Assembly: GCA_024400835.1 (NCBI GenBank)
Contig: JAKSMC010000010.1
Span: 3,071-67,070, forward strand
Direction: 5' to 3'
DNA from: Bacteroidales bacterium
GTDB lineage: Bacteria > Bacteroidota > Bacteroidia > Bacteroidales > WCHB1-69
DNA length: 64,000 nucleotides
Shown here: positions 51,471-60,637 of the stretch, piece after piece
Numbering within the stretch: the stretch's first letter is position 1
Layout of the letters: each line of letters opens with the position of its first letter
Notes under the pieces: model-generated
Seen by the model: the letters and a program-made list of their open reading frames with translations, nothing else
What the model was told of the DNA's origin: nothing
Databases searched by the model: none
Translations under genes and position numbers: made by a program

Positions 51471-52136
51471 CTATAAAGTATTGGCTGTTTTTTTCTTTTT
51501 TTTCTTCTTCTTTTTCTTCTTCTTGGCCGGAGTGACGTAGAAGGAAGGATTGCTGTTCACGGTGTGAAGCAGTTTTTTGGTGTCAGTGAATTCGAAATCC
51601 TCGGAAACGGAAAGGACACCGTCAGAGAGCTCAGCAATCTGTTTGGCGATGAGTTTGTCGTTGACGGAATCGCGGTTGTAGGTGAGGTACATCATCTTCA
51701 AGTCGTTGGCTAACAGTTTGGCCATGCGGCTGCGGGCAGGCTCCGGGTAAGAGGAGACTTCCTTGATGACGTTCTCCATGTTGCGCCCGTAGGTGCGGTA
51801 TTTGATTTTGTGCTTGTTGTAATCGGGCTTGACAACTTCTTTTTCCGTGGTGTCGGGCATCGGCTTCGGGAATGGGCTGTCGATGTCCAATTGGTAGTTG
51901 GACATGATGAACAGATGGTCCCATAGCTTGTGCCAATAATCCAGTGATTCCTGTTTGGTGACGGTGGCGGGGTCTTTTACCTCGTTGAGTTGCGCCATGA
52001 CACGAACGATGGCGCGAGCGGTTTCGTTTCGCTTCTCTCGATCTTCTATAGCAAGAGCCTCTTCAACCATTTTCTGGACATTACGGCCGTACTCACGGAT
52101 GATGAGCTTGCTGCGTTTGGTATTGTAGTCGTTCAT
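51471..52136 (-). CDS. DUF4290 domain protein with C-terminal poly-lysine tail
   Basis: MNDYNTKRSKLIIREYGRNVQKMVEEA matches my recollection of DUF4290. The tail is PA-K12-TANTL. Confidence 0.75.
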   Translation of the reverse strand: MNDYNTKRSKLIIREYGRNVQKMVEEALAIEDREKRNETARAIVRVMAQLNEVKDPATVTKQESLDYWHKLWDHLFIMSNYQLDIDSPFPKPMPDTTEKEVVKPDYNKHKIKYRTYGRNMENVIKEVSSYPEPARSRMAKLLANDLKMMYLTYNRDSVNDKLIAKQIAELSDGVLSVSEDFEFTDTKKLLHTVNSNPSFYVTPAKKKKKKKKKKKKTANTL

Positions 52137-52164
52137 TGTTAACGGAGTGTTTTCAAAAAGTCTG

Positions 52165-52180
52165 CAAAAATACAAAAATA
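52165..52180 (-). promoter_or_regulatory. Two tandem putative -7 boxes for the DUF4290-ABC operon
   Basis: TATTTTTG occurs twice on the minus strand (52165-52172 and 52173-52180), 29-37 nt upstream of ATG 52136. Confidence 0.5.
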
Positions 52181-52185
52181 AATCA

Positions 52186-52222
52186 ACCTTTCATCCCTTC
52201 ATCATTTCATCTCTTCATCCTC
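52186..52222 (-). repeat. GATGAAGR-type tract containing the stop codon of membrane protein gene 52202..54043
   Basis: The minus strand reads GAGGATGAAGAGATGAAATGATGAAGGGATGAAAGG, the same words as after uvrA. Confidence 0.8.
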
Positions 52223-54043
52223 AACAACGGCAAGGCTGTCGTTGGCTTGTCGGCGGAGTGTGCCGAAGGAATTTTCGTAAAATGCTACGATGGGCTTGGT
52301 TTCGAGGCGGAGGGTCCGCAATGTGCTGTCGGTCGGCCAGGTGCCGTTGCGAAGCTGTGCTGCCGGTATTTCATGGCAGAAGTCGATATAGAAATCCCAC
52401 GTTGTGTCGGCTGCATTGAACGGAGCGTGCACCATTACCATGTTCGTGTCGCCGGCGAAAAACAGACCGCATGCCGCATTGCCGTTGGTGGCGACAACGT
52501 ACTTCTCGTTGGTCGCGTGCTGCCCGATTTCCTCGCGATACAGGTAGTCTTTCAACCACAGGCAGGCGTTTTTGTTGGCATTGTCGTAAATGCCCAACTC
52601 GTACTTGGCGTAGGCATTGTGCAGACCGCCTGATATCTCGTTGAAGTAAATGGATGTGAAGGGTTGGTTGAAAGCGATGTGTCGGATGGGCATGAAGGAA
52701 AGCAGCGCAATGAGGCACAACACCACGAAGTTCGTGTATTTGTCGCTGATACTCCGTAACGTGCACTCAATGCCGCTGACGGATATCAAGATGAATAGCG
52801 GATAGATGCAGTAGTAGATGGACCACATGGTGTCGGGGTTCATGTAGTTGGACCGCACTTTGTGGATGCAGAAGAAGAACGAGTATAGGAATATGAAGAT
52901 GGAGTATGGCTTTAGGGCCTTCACTGCTGTTTTGAAAAATACGAAGAACAGCAGGAATCCGATAAGCACTATCGTTGGGATGGTGATGAACAGATATTTT
53001 GCCAAATAGTATCTCGGGAAGTTGTCCGGACCGATGATATGGCCTTCGAACAGCTGGTTCTGGGCGAACGGGTAGTTGATGGTGAGTAACTCGAAGGCGT
53101 CGCGCGGAGCCACGGCCGAACGTACTAAAAACATGGTGCCGATGGCATGAACGGCGTAAATGAAAACGTAGAATCCGAGTATCATCAGACACAAAGTGCC
53201 GAGGGTCTTCAGATATTCCAGTTTATAGAACCTCCTCAGCGGGTTGTAGAGTATGAAGTTCAGAATGACGAAGAAGGTGAAGAAGTTCAGCAAGATGAAT
53301 CCGGCGTTCGAAATCGACAGCGCCAACAGCATGCCCAATACGATTTTCACCATCCGGTATATTCGGATGACGGGCAGCTCCCGGCAGAAGTAGTACATCT
53401 GCGTGATGGTGAAGATGAAGCCGAAGGCAAAGGTCACATCAACAACGTTGCTGACGGAATATCCTACAAACCGTGGAGATATAAATAGCAGGAAGGCAGT
53501 GAAAAATGCCGCTCGCCAACTGAAGGCTTTGAGAATCAAGATGCTGAGGTAAACAATCAGCAGCCATCCGAAAATGGCGCTCACCAAGTGCTTGAGCAAA
53601 AAGATGTCTTGCACGTGCAGACTCTTACCGATGGAGTAGAGCATCACATCAATGTACTGGGCCTGTGCGGATGCGTATGGGTGCGCTTTGAATTCGCCGT
53701 CATCACCGATATGATGGAAATGGTTGTACACCAACTCGGAGTAGTGGTTCTGCTCGATCTCGCGTGTGGAAATGCCCACGTGCCGGCTCATCAGAACCAT
53801 GGACACTAACATGACTATCAGTGATATCCATAGCAGATACTTGAAGATGTCGTCGGAATTTTTCAGGGATAGGCTGAAAGTCTTCTTTTCAATGGTGTAC
53901 CGCTTGTGGGGTTGGTGGAGCTTGGAGAAACGAACGTGCCAGATCTCTTCGTCAAAAAGGTCCTGCGAATAGGTTATCCTATTGAGGAACTGCTTGACGT
54001 AGTGATAGATTTTGTCTGCGAAGTTCAGGTTTTCTGTGCTCAT
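52202..54043 (-). CDS. Polytopic membrane protein (possibly GT-C/ArnT-like glycosyltransferase)
   Basis: About 12 hydrophobic segments and a soluble C-terminal domain. It is adjacent to, and overlaps by 4 nt, a WbqC-family gene. The function is an inference only. Confidence 0.6.
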   Translation of the reverse strand: MSTENLNFADKIYHYVKQFLNRITYSQDLFDEEIWHVRFSKLHQPHKRYTIEKKTFSLSLKNSDDIFKYLLWISLIVMLVSMVLMSRHVGISTREIEQNHYSELVYNHFHHIGDDGEFKAHPYASAQAQYIDVMLYSIGKSLHVQDIFLLKHLVSAIFGWLLIVYLSILILKAFSWRAAFFTAFLLFISPRFVGYSVSNVVDVTFAFGFIFTITQMYYFCRELPVIRIYRMVKIVLGMLLALSISNAGFILLNFFTFFVILNFILYNPLRRFYKLEYLKTLGTLCLMILGFYVFIYAVHAIGTMFLVRSAVAPRDAFELLTINYPFAQNQLFEGHIIGPDNFPRYYLAKYLFITIPTIVLIGFLLFFVFFKTAVKALKPYSIFIFLYSFFFCIHKVRSNYMNPDTMWSIYYCIYPLFILISVSGIECTLRSISDKYTNFVVLCLIALLSFMPIRHIAFNQPFTSIYFNEISGGLHNAYAKYELGIYDNANKNACLWLKDYLYREEIGQHATNEKYVVATNGNAACGLFFAGDTNMVMVHAPFNAADTTWDFYIDFCHEIPAAQLRNGTWPTDSTLRTLRLETKPIVAFYENSFGTLRRQANDSLAVVEDEEMK

Positions 54044-54684
54044 TGTTGACGGCCTAAAGAGGCTTTGAAATGTTCGTGTGCTTTTTGCAGATAGTGGATG
54101 GCATCAGGCCCTAAGTTGAAAAGCAGGTCAATGACAGACAGCCCGGGGGTGAATCCGAACTTGTCGCTGAAGACTTGATAGTAGGGCTCGTCATACCGCA
54201 GTGGGTAGTCGGGTTCGTACTTGCGGCGGGGATGGATGAGTGCCCGCAGGTCATGCTCCTGCATCGGCTCGAAATCCTCCGTGCGGCGGATCTCCGGCTT
54301 CATGTTGAGCAGCCGGAGCAGCGTCTTCGTGAGCTGGGTGTTGAACTCGAACAGGGAACTGAAAGGCTGCTCGTAGAACGGACGCAGCATGTCCTGGTAA
54401 TACAGAAAGTACGGGCTGCTCCCGTAGGCGGATTCGATGGCCCTCCAGTGGGTGCGCTGCCAGGGTGTGATGTTCTTGATCTGTGTCTCTGAGATAAGTT
54501 CCTTCTCGTGGTGGATCACCGGAATGGATAGCACCAGCGGACCGTTGGCCGTGAGAATGACAGCTCTGGAACGGAAGCTCTGCTTCTGGAAATGTTCGCA
54601 ATACTCCAGCCTGATTTCGTCTTCGGTGAGGAATGCGAAATATTCGATAGGGGGCAGGTATGCAGTGGAGAGTAGCGGAGCCAT
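54040..54684 (-). CDS. WbqC-family protein
   Basis: The N-terminal LSTAYLPPIEYFAFL...HFQKQSFRSRAVILTANGPLVLSIPV is a WbqC-like pattern (recall). Confidence 0.7.
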   Translation of the reverse strand: MAPLLSTAYLPPIEYFAFLTEDEIRLEYCEHFQKQSFRSRAVILTANGPLVLSIPVIHHEKELISETQIKNITPWQRTHWRAIESAYGSSPYFLYYQDMLRPFYEQPFSSLFEFNTQLTKTLLRLLNMKPEIRRTEDFEPMQEHDLRALIHPRRKYEPDYPLRYDEPYYQVFSDKFGFTPGLSVIDLLFNLGPDAIHYLQKAHEHFKASLGRQQ

Positions 54685-54719
54685 GGCGTTCGCCTTTCAG
54701 AACACGATATAGGGACGAA

Positions 54720-56375
54720 TTATTTGGCAATCACCATCTTGGATTTGTAGATGTGATTGTCGCTGATGATTTCAACGAAGTAGGTGCCGTTGGGCAGGTC
54801 TCTGAAATTCATGTTGATAGAGGGTTCCAGAATGACTGTGGTGCTGCTGATCAGTTTGCCCATCATATCATAGACGTTGCAGATACCGGAGTTGGAATCG
54901 AAAGCGCCCTTGATGTTGACGTTGCCGAAGGAAGGATTCGGGGCAATGGTGAGGTTCTGGACAGGTTGTGCGACGGAAGCGATGCCGACAGCGGGCGAGC
55001 CGTTGTAGTGCATGCCGTCCATTATGAGCGTGCCCGTGTTGTCCGGGTCGAGCCACGGTTGGAGTTTCTTGGCATTGCTGCTGTTATTGTTGTTGGTCCA
55101 TGACCAGGAGAACTTACCATAGTTGTCGTAGCCGCTGGTATATTCGCAGGATGATGAACCCGTGCTGAGGTCACCGATGATACGGCCGTTGGCGTTGAAC
55201 AGCGGGGAGCCGGAGGAACCTTGTTCTGTGACGCCCTTGTTGTTGCTGCCTGTGTACCAATAGGTCTTCCAGTATTTGTTGGAAGAGGTTACTTGTCTCG
55301 GGAAACTGATTTTCTTGTAGTCACCGCCGGGGTGGTGAATGCCTGCGCCCACGGAACCAGCGCCAGTAGCGTCCCAGCCGGCAAACACGATGGAGTCAGC
55401 GTACAGGTTGCTGATGTTGCCGGTGATGCGCAGCAAAAGGAAGTCAGAACTGCTGTTAAGGTTGGCAGTTGCACAAACCGTACCGCCGTTGGCTCTGTAC
55501 AATGGGGAAATGGAAGCGGGCTCGTTGTTACAGGTCGGAGATTGGTAGTTGAAGTAGAATTTGAATGTACAGTTGTTGTCGTCGTTGAGGCAGTGGTTGG
55601 CGGAGAGCACGTACGGGGTCTTGTCTTGGCGGACATTGTTGATCATAGCGCCGGAGCAGAGGAAGTCAGCACCTTCAGCCGGGCTGTGGATGCTGATGCA
55701 GACCACGGAGTTCACTTGGTTGCGCCAGGGGTTGGCGATAGGGCAGGCTACGTTGATGTGGCAGTCGCCTTCGGAATCTCCGATGTTGCCTTTGGCTTCG
55801 CGGGAGTAAGCTGCGATGTCTCTGTAAATGTGGCTGATATGGTCGATTTCGAAAGTGCCGTGGAAGAGCACGTCTGCCGGCTCGTAGTATTCGAACGTGA
55901 TTTCATCACCCATGATGTCTTCGGAAACAAGCCATCCGTTTTGTTCCTGCACGTCTTCAGCAGTGTATTTGCCCGTGAGCTGGCTGAAGTCGCCGCTGTA
56001 AATGTAGAAACTTGCTTCTTCCGGGATGTTGAAATTGGAAATGTATGCGCAAAGCATCAATGCATCCGGAGATTTCACTGTGACACGCCACAAACGGTCG
56101 CCGTTCGGCAGAATGTCGGTACGGCCGCTGTTCTTTGTGTTTAACTTGACGATTTCTGAAACGCCTACACGCATAGGCTTTCCGTCCTTCACGAAGTTGA
56201 TGGCATCTTCGTTTATCAACTTCTGGTGGTCTTGGGCCGGAAGTTCGATGCGGTCGACATTCTGGGAAATGTTGTTGTGAGTGAAACTGTAAGGCTTGCC
56301 AACGACCTCTTTTTGAGCAAATGCGGGCACAATGGCGAGCAAAACAAAGGCAATGAGGATGATTGATTTTTTCAT
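54720..56375 (-). CDS. Trypsin-fold (S1) serine endopeptidase, lysyl-endopeptidase-like, with T9SS C-terminal sorting domain
   Basis: It has a signal peptide. The catalytic His context is VLSANHCL and the Ser context is GSSGSPLF. The C-terminus IAPNPSFGNVNI...VYDMMGKLI...GTYFVEII...MVIAK is CTD-like. Confidence 0.8.
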   Translation of the reverse strand: MKKSIILIAFVLLAIVPAFAQKEVVGKPYSFTHNNISQNVDRIELPAQDHQKLINEDAINFVKDGKPMRVGVSEIVKLNTKNSGRTDILPNGDRLWRVTVKSPDALMLCAYISNFNIPEEASFYIYSGDFSQLTGKYTAEDVQEQNGWLVSEDIMGDEITFEYYEPADVLFHGTFEIDHISHIYRDIAAYSREAKGNIGDSEGDCHINVACPIANPWRNQVNSVVCISIHSPAEGADFLCSGAMINNVRQDKTPYVLSANHCLNDDNNCTFKFYFNYQSPTCNNEPASISPLYRANGGTVCATANLNSSSDFLLLRITGNISNLYADSIVFAGWDATGAGSVGAGIHHPGGDYKKISFPRQVTSSNKYWKTYWYTGSNNKGVTEQGSSGSPLFNANGRIIGDLSTGSSSCEYTSGYDNYGKFSWSWTNNNNSSNAKKLQPWLDPDNTGTLIMDGMHYNGSPAVGIASVAQPVQNLTIAPNPSFGNVNIKGAFDSNSGICNVYDMMGKLISSTTVILEPSINMNFRDLPNGTYFVEIISDNHIYKSKMVIAK

Positions 56376-56401
56376 ACTAATTATTGATTTTTTCGGGGCG
56401 G

Positions 56402-56429
56402 CAAAAGTATAAAAAAAATTGTACCTTTG
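56402..56429. promoter_or_regulatory. Back-to-back putative -7 boxes (S1 protease on minus, rsfS on plus)
   Basis: The minus-strand TACTTTTG (56402-56409) is 27 nt from ATG 56375. The plus-strand TACCTTTG (56422-56429) is 24 nt from ATG 56453. Confidence 0.5.
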
Positions 56430-56452
56430 CCACCCAAAATTAAAACCATACT

Positions 56453-56833
56453 ATGGCAACTAGAAAAAAAGTGAAATTTGAAGGCACCCCTTACGAGGGG
56501 AACATTGAAGAACTTATCATTCAAGCTCTTATTGAAAAACAAGGTGTTGATATACAATGTATAAACTTGAAAAAACTCAACCACGTGTATTTTGATTACT
56601 TCATCGTTTGTACGGGAAATTCCAAACCACATGTGGAAACTCTTTGCGATTACGTGCAGGAACAGACCAAACGCGTGGCCAACACCAATCCCATCCATAT
56701 CGAAGGCCTTGAAAACAAAGAGTGGATACTCCTTGACTATTTCAACGTCCTGGTTCACATCTTCCAACCCGAAGCCCGCGAATTCTACAACATCGAGGCT
56801 TTGTGGAGCGATGCTGACATCCAAAAATTCTAA
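56453..56833 (+). CDS. rsfS: Ribosome silencing factor
   Basis: YFIVCTGNSKPHV and WILLDYFNVLVHIFQPEAREFYNIEALW. Confidence 0.9.
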   Translation: MATRKKVKFEGTPYEGNIEELIIQALIEKQGVDIQCINLKKLNHVYFDYFIVCTGNSKPHVETLCDYVQEQTKRVANTNPIHIEGLENKEWILLDYFNVLVHIFQPEAREFYNIEALWSDADIQKF

Positions 56834-56899
56834 CCCTTTGGCATGAATTTTGCCATGGATTGATGCGTATCCGTATATTTACTAACCCGAAAATCATTT

Positions 56900-58951
56900 A
56901 TGCCGACAAATACTAAAAACAAAAATTCCAATTCAAAGGGGAACTCTCCTTTTGGAAACAACAAGAAGGATAAGTCCCCTGCCGAAAAGATTTTCTCCCG
57001 ATTTGGACTTGTGTACCTCATTATTTTTGTGGCACTTATAGCTTATTGGATGATGTCCAGTAAGGATATGCGTGCGCTCGAAATCGACAACACGCAGTTC
57101 AAACAGATGGTCCAAAACCAGGAGATCGAGCACGTCGAGTTCATCCGCAAAAACGACCGCGTGAACATTTTCCTCAAAACCGATGCTCTTGACAAATCCG
57201 TTCATGAGAAGGTTCAGACTAATGTCGACGGCCCTCAGTATTTCCTCTCTACTGATCTCGAACAGTTCAGCAAGGATTTTGACAAGGCCAAGGAAGATGC
57301 CATCCGCAAGGCGTTAGCCAAAGACACTACCTTGGTGGAAACCGATATTATGGATGCCTATGACTTTCCTGTGAAACAGGACAACACCAAAAGCTGGGGC
57401 GTTGACATTATACTCTGGTTCCTGCCCTTGATACTGATTATCGTGTTCTTCACGGTGATGTCCCGTCGTATGGGCGGTGGCGCCGGTATGGGTGGCGGAG
57501 GAAATATTTTCAACATTGGCAAGTCCAAAGCCCAGGAGTTCGATGAAAAATCCGGACAATTGGTGACCTTCAAGGACGTTGCCGGTCTGGAAGGCGCCAA
57601 GTTCGAAATCGAAGAAGTGGTGGATTTCCTGAAGAATCCTAAAAAATATACGGTCTTGGGTGGAAAGATTCCAAAGGGCGTGCTGCTGGTAGGCCCTCCG
57701 GGAACCGGTAAGACCCTCCTGGCCAAGGCTGTGGCCGGTGAAGCCAAGGTGCCGTTCTTCTCCCTGTCCGGTTCTGACTTTGTGGAGATGTTTGTCGGCG
57801 TCGGCGCTTCCCGCGTACGAGACCTCTTCAAGACTGCCAAGGAGAAGGCCCCGTGCATCATCTTCATTGATGAGATTGATGCTATCGGCCGTGCCCGTGG
57901 CAAGAGCGCCGTTTCCAATGCCAATGACGAGCGCGAAAGCACGCTCAACCAGCTGCTCACCGAAATGGACGGCTTCTCTACCAATGCCGGTGTCATCATC
58001 ATGGCGGCTACTAACCGCGCCGACATCCTTGACCGCGCACTCCTGCGCGCCGGCCGCTTCGACCGCCAAATTGCTGTGGAACTCCCGAACCTCAACGAGC
58101 GCCGCGGCATCTTCGGCGTACATGTCCGCAAACTCAAACTCGGCCCTGATGTCGATCTGGACTTCTTTGCGAAACAGACCCCCGGCTTCTCTGGCGCCGA
58201 TATCGCCAACGTATGTAACGAGGCTGCTTTGATTGCTGCCCGCAATGAAAAAAAACAGATTGAGAAGGAAGACTTCCTGGCGGCTGTTGACCGTATCATC
58301 GGAGGCCTCGAGCGCCGCGGCAGCGTCTTCACCCCCGAAGAGAAAAAGGCCATCGCCTACCACGAGTCAGGCCACGCCACCGTTAGCTGGCTGCTAAAGT
58401 ACGGCTCCCCGTTGGTGAAAGTCACCATCGTGCCGCGCGGCAAAGCCCTCGGCGCCGCCTGGTACCTGCCCGAAGAACGCCAACTCACCAACTATGACCA
58501 ACTGGTCGACGAGATGACCTCCCTGTTGGGTGGCCGCGCCGCTGAAGAAGTCGTCTTCGGCACCGTCTCCACAGGCGCCCTCAATGACCTTGAACGTACT
58601 TCCAAACTGGCCTACGCCATGGTCGTCTATTACGGCCTCGACAAGAAAATCGGCAATGTCAGCTACTACGATTCCACAGGCCAACAGGAATACAGCCTGC
58701 AGAAACCTTATAGCGAGAAGACGGCCCAGGCTATCGACGAACAGGTCCACGACTTAATCGAGTCCTGCTACGCCAAGGCCAAGGCTATTCTTTCCGAACA
58801 CAAGGCTCAGCTCGACGAACTCGCCCAAATCCTGCTCGAACGCGAAGTCATCTTCGCGGAAGATGTGGAACGCATCCTCGGCAAGCGCCCCTTCGCTCCG
58901 GCAGAACCCGAAACGCCCACAGAGAAAAACGATGATTCGATAATCTGTTAA
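56900..58951 (+). CDS. ftsH: ATP-dependent zinc metalloprotease FtsH
   Basis: Walker [14 protein letters not shown], the SRH region, and the zinc site HESGHA. Confidence 0.95.
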   Translation: MPTNTKNKNSNSKGNSPFGNNKKDKSPAEKIFSRFGLVYLIIFVALIAYWMMSSKDMRALEIDNTQFKQMVQNQEIEHVEFIRKNDRVNIFLKTDALDKSVHEKVQTNVDGPQYFLSTDLEQFSKDFDKAKEDAIRKALAKDTTLVETDIMDAYDFPVKQDNTKSWGVDIILWFLPLILIIVFFTVMSRRMGGGAGMGGGGNIFNIGKSKAQEFDEKSGQLVTFKDVAGLEGAKFEIEEVVDFLKNPKKYTVLGGKIPKGVLLVGPPGTGKTLLAKAVAGEAKVPFFSLSGSDFVEMFVGVGASRVRDLFKTAKEKAPCIIFIDEIDAIGRARGKSAVSNANDERESTLNQLLTEMDGFSTNAGVIIMAATNRADILDRALLRAGRFDRQIAVELPNLNERRGIFGVHVRKLKLGPDVDLDFFAKQTPGFSGADIANVCNEAALIAARNEKKQIEKEDFLAAVDRIIGGLERRGSVFTPEEKKAIAYHESGHATVSWLLKYGSPLVKVTIVPRGKALGAAWYLPEERQLTNYDQLVDEMTSLLGGRAAEEVVFGTVSTGALNDLERTSKLAYAMVVYYGLDKKIGNVSYYDSTGQQEYSLQKPYSEKTAQAIDEQVHDLIESCYAKAKAILSEHKAQLDELAQILLEREVIFAEDVERILGKRPFAPAEPETPTEKNDDSIIC

Positions 58952-58986
58952 TTCGATATCCATATATTCATATAATCCAATCATCC

Positions 58987-59787
58987 ATGGAAAATCGCAT
59001 ACTTGACCCCCAACTGATAACCGATAAGGAGAATATCCGCAAAAATATTCGCAACGGTCTCGCTGCCAAACGTCCGGCCCCTCTTTATGGAAAGGACGCT
59101 GCCGACAGCATGCCGGAACCCATCAATGATCTTTTTGTAGAGTTCATCGATCGTTTTAGAGCTGCGGGTGGTAAATATATACCTTGCAATCCCCAAAATA
59201 TGGTTCAGTATTTTGTGAAGATTGCCAAAGGCCAGCAATATCAGACGGTACTCAACACCAGCCCCAATTTGGGCAAGTTCCTTGACAAATACCAAGTCCG
59301 TCATGTGAATGCCATCAATCCCAAAGAACCGGTGGATGCCGCTATATTTTTCACCGATGTTCTGATTGCCAGAACGGGCGCTGTCGGTTTCACACAGGCT
59401 GTGGACCAGTATGCTTCCGTGAAGAACATGGCCAAAGACATCATTGTGGTTTCCCGAGAACGCTGCATTTTCCAAGATTTGGAAGACGCTTTGGAATACC
59501 AACGCCAACGCAACGGCGGCACGGCTTACCCGTTGACGGAATTCGTCGTTCCTACCAAACCCGAGGAAATCAATGGCAAACCGGTGTTCTCACCGCGCGA
59601 GCCTCGCATCATCCTGATGCTCATCGAGGAACCCAAGGCCGCACCGCAACCCGTGGAACAGCCGGCTGAACAACCCGCTGAACAACCCGCAGAGCAACCT
59701 GCAGAACAAATTGCTGAACAACCTCAAACTGACACTCCCGAAACTCCTGCCAACAATGAGCCCGAAAACCAAGAATCTATTGACTAG
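58987..59787 (+). CDS. LUD (LutC-like) domain protein with low-complexity QPAE-repeat tail
   Basis: The body resembles the DUF162/LUD family (recall). The C-terminal (EQPA)n repeats are encoded by six 12-nt units at 59656-59727. Confidence 0.65.
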   Translation: MENRILDPQLITDKENIRKNIRNGLAAKRPAPLYGKDAADSMPEPINDLFVEFIDRFRAAGGKYIPCNPQNMVQYFVKIAKGQQYQTVLNTSPNLGKFLDKYQVRHVNAINPKEPVDAAIFFTDVLIARTGAVGFTQAVDQYASVKNMAKDIIVVSRERCIFQDLEDALEYQRQRNGGTAYPLTEFVVPTKPEEINGKPVFSPREPRIILMLIEEPKAAPQPVEQPAEQPAEQPAEQPAEQIAEQPQTDTPETPANNEPENQESID

Positions 59788-60625
59788 AACTGCATCGGGT
59801 GCCGTTTACATTGCCTTGATGATTGCCGGCGTCTTCATGCCGCCATTCATGGCAATGCTTATGTGCTTGGTCTCTGTCATCGGTGTTTACGAATTCTGCG
59901 AGATGACGTCGGGGCCCCTCGACCGCCTGTCTGAAGCGTTGATGATGCTGCCGGCCTTTATGTTGGGTATCTGCATCATTCATATCGAAATGGGCCTCTC
60001 TTCGTGGACTACGCCGGGCACCAGTGTCGCTGTCTCCTTGCTCATGACTTTTTACGTGATTTTTTACGTGATGGTTATGTCGGTGGCAGAACTCTTCCGC
60101 CGCCGTCCCTGTCCTATAGAACAGATAGGCAAAGGCATCTTCGGACTGCTTTGGATTGTTCTCCCATTAGGACTGTTGGCTGCGATGACATTCCCTTTCC
60201 CGAAATTGATTTTGGCATTCCTGCTGATGATTTGGGGCAATGACACGTTTGCCTACCTTGGCGGTTCTACCTATGGAAAGCACAAGATGTTCGAACGTAT
60301 TTCTCCGAAGAAAACTTGGGAGGGGACGTTGACCGGTGTGGTAATGACGGTGGTTATGGCCGTGCTGTTTTGGAAAATCCCCTTCTTCGCTGACAACGGT
60401 CTTCTTTTCAGTTGTCCCCAGTGGATAATACTTGCCCTGCTGGTATCCGTTTTCGGAACTTTGGGCGATTTGCTGGAATCTCTTTTCAAACGCAATGCCG
60501 GCATCAAGGACAGCGGCAAAATCATGCCCGGCCATGGCGGCATTTTGGATCGTTTTGACTCTATATTATTCTCGGCAACGCCGGTGTGCATATATTTCTT
60601 TTTACTTTATTGCTCAGGCTTCTAA
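59756..60625 (+). CDS. cdsA: Phosphatidate cytidylyltransferase
   Basis: SPKKTWEG and [11 protein letters not shown] signatures. The start is set at [11 protein letters not shown] and overlaps the upstream gene by 32 nt. Confidence 0.85.
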   Translation: MSPKTKNLLTRTASGAVYIALMIAGVFMPPFMAMLMCLVSVIGVYEFCEMTSGPLDRLSEALMMLPAFMLGICIIHIEMGLSSWTTPGTSVAVSLLMTFYVIFYVMVMSVAELFRRRPCPIEQIGKGIFGLLWIVLPLGLLAAMTFPFPKLILAFLLMIWGNDTFAYLGGSTYGKHKMFERISPKKTWEGTLTGVVMTVVMAVLFWKIPFFADNGLLFSCPQWIILALLVSVFGTLGDLLESLFKRNAGIKDSGKIMPGHGGILDRFDSILFSATPVCIYFFLLYCSGF

Positions 60626-60637
60626 TATTTCTTATTG

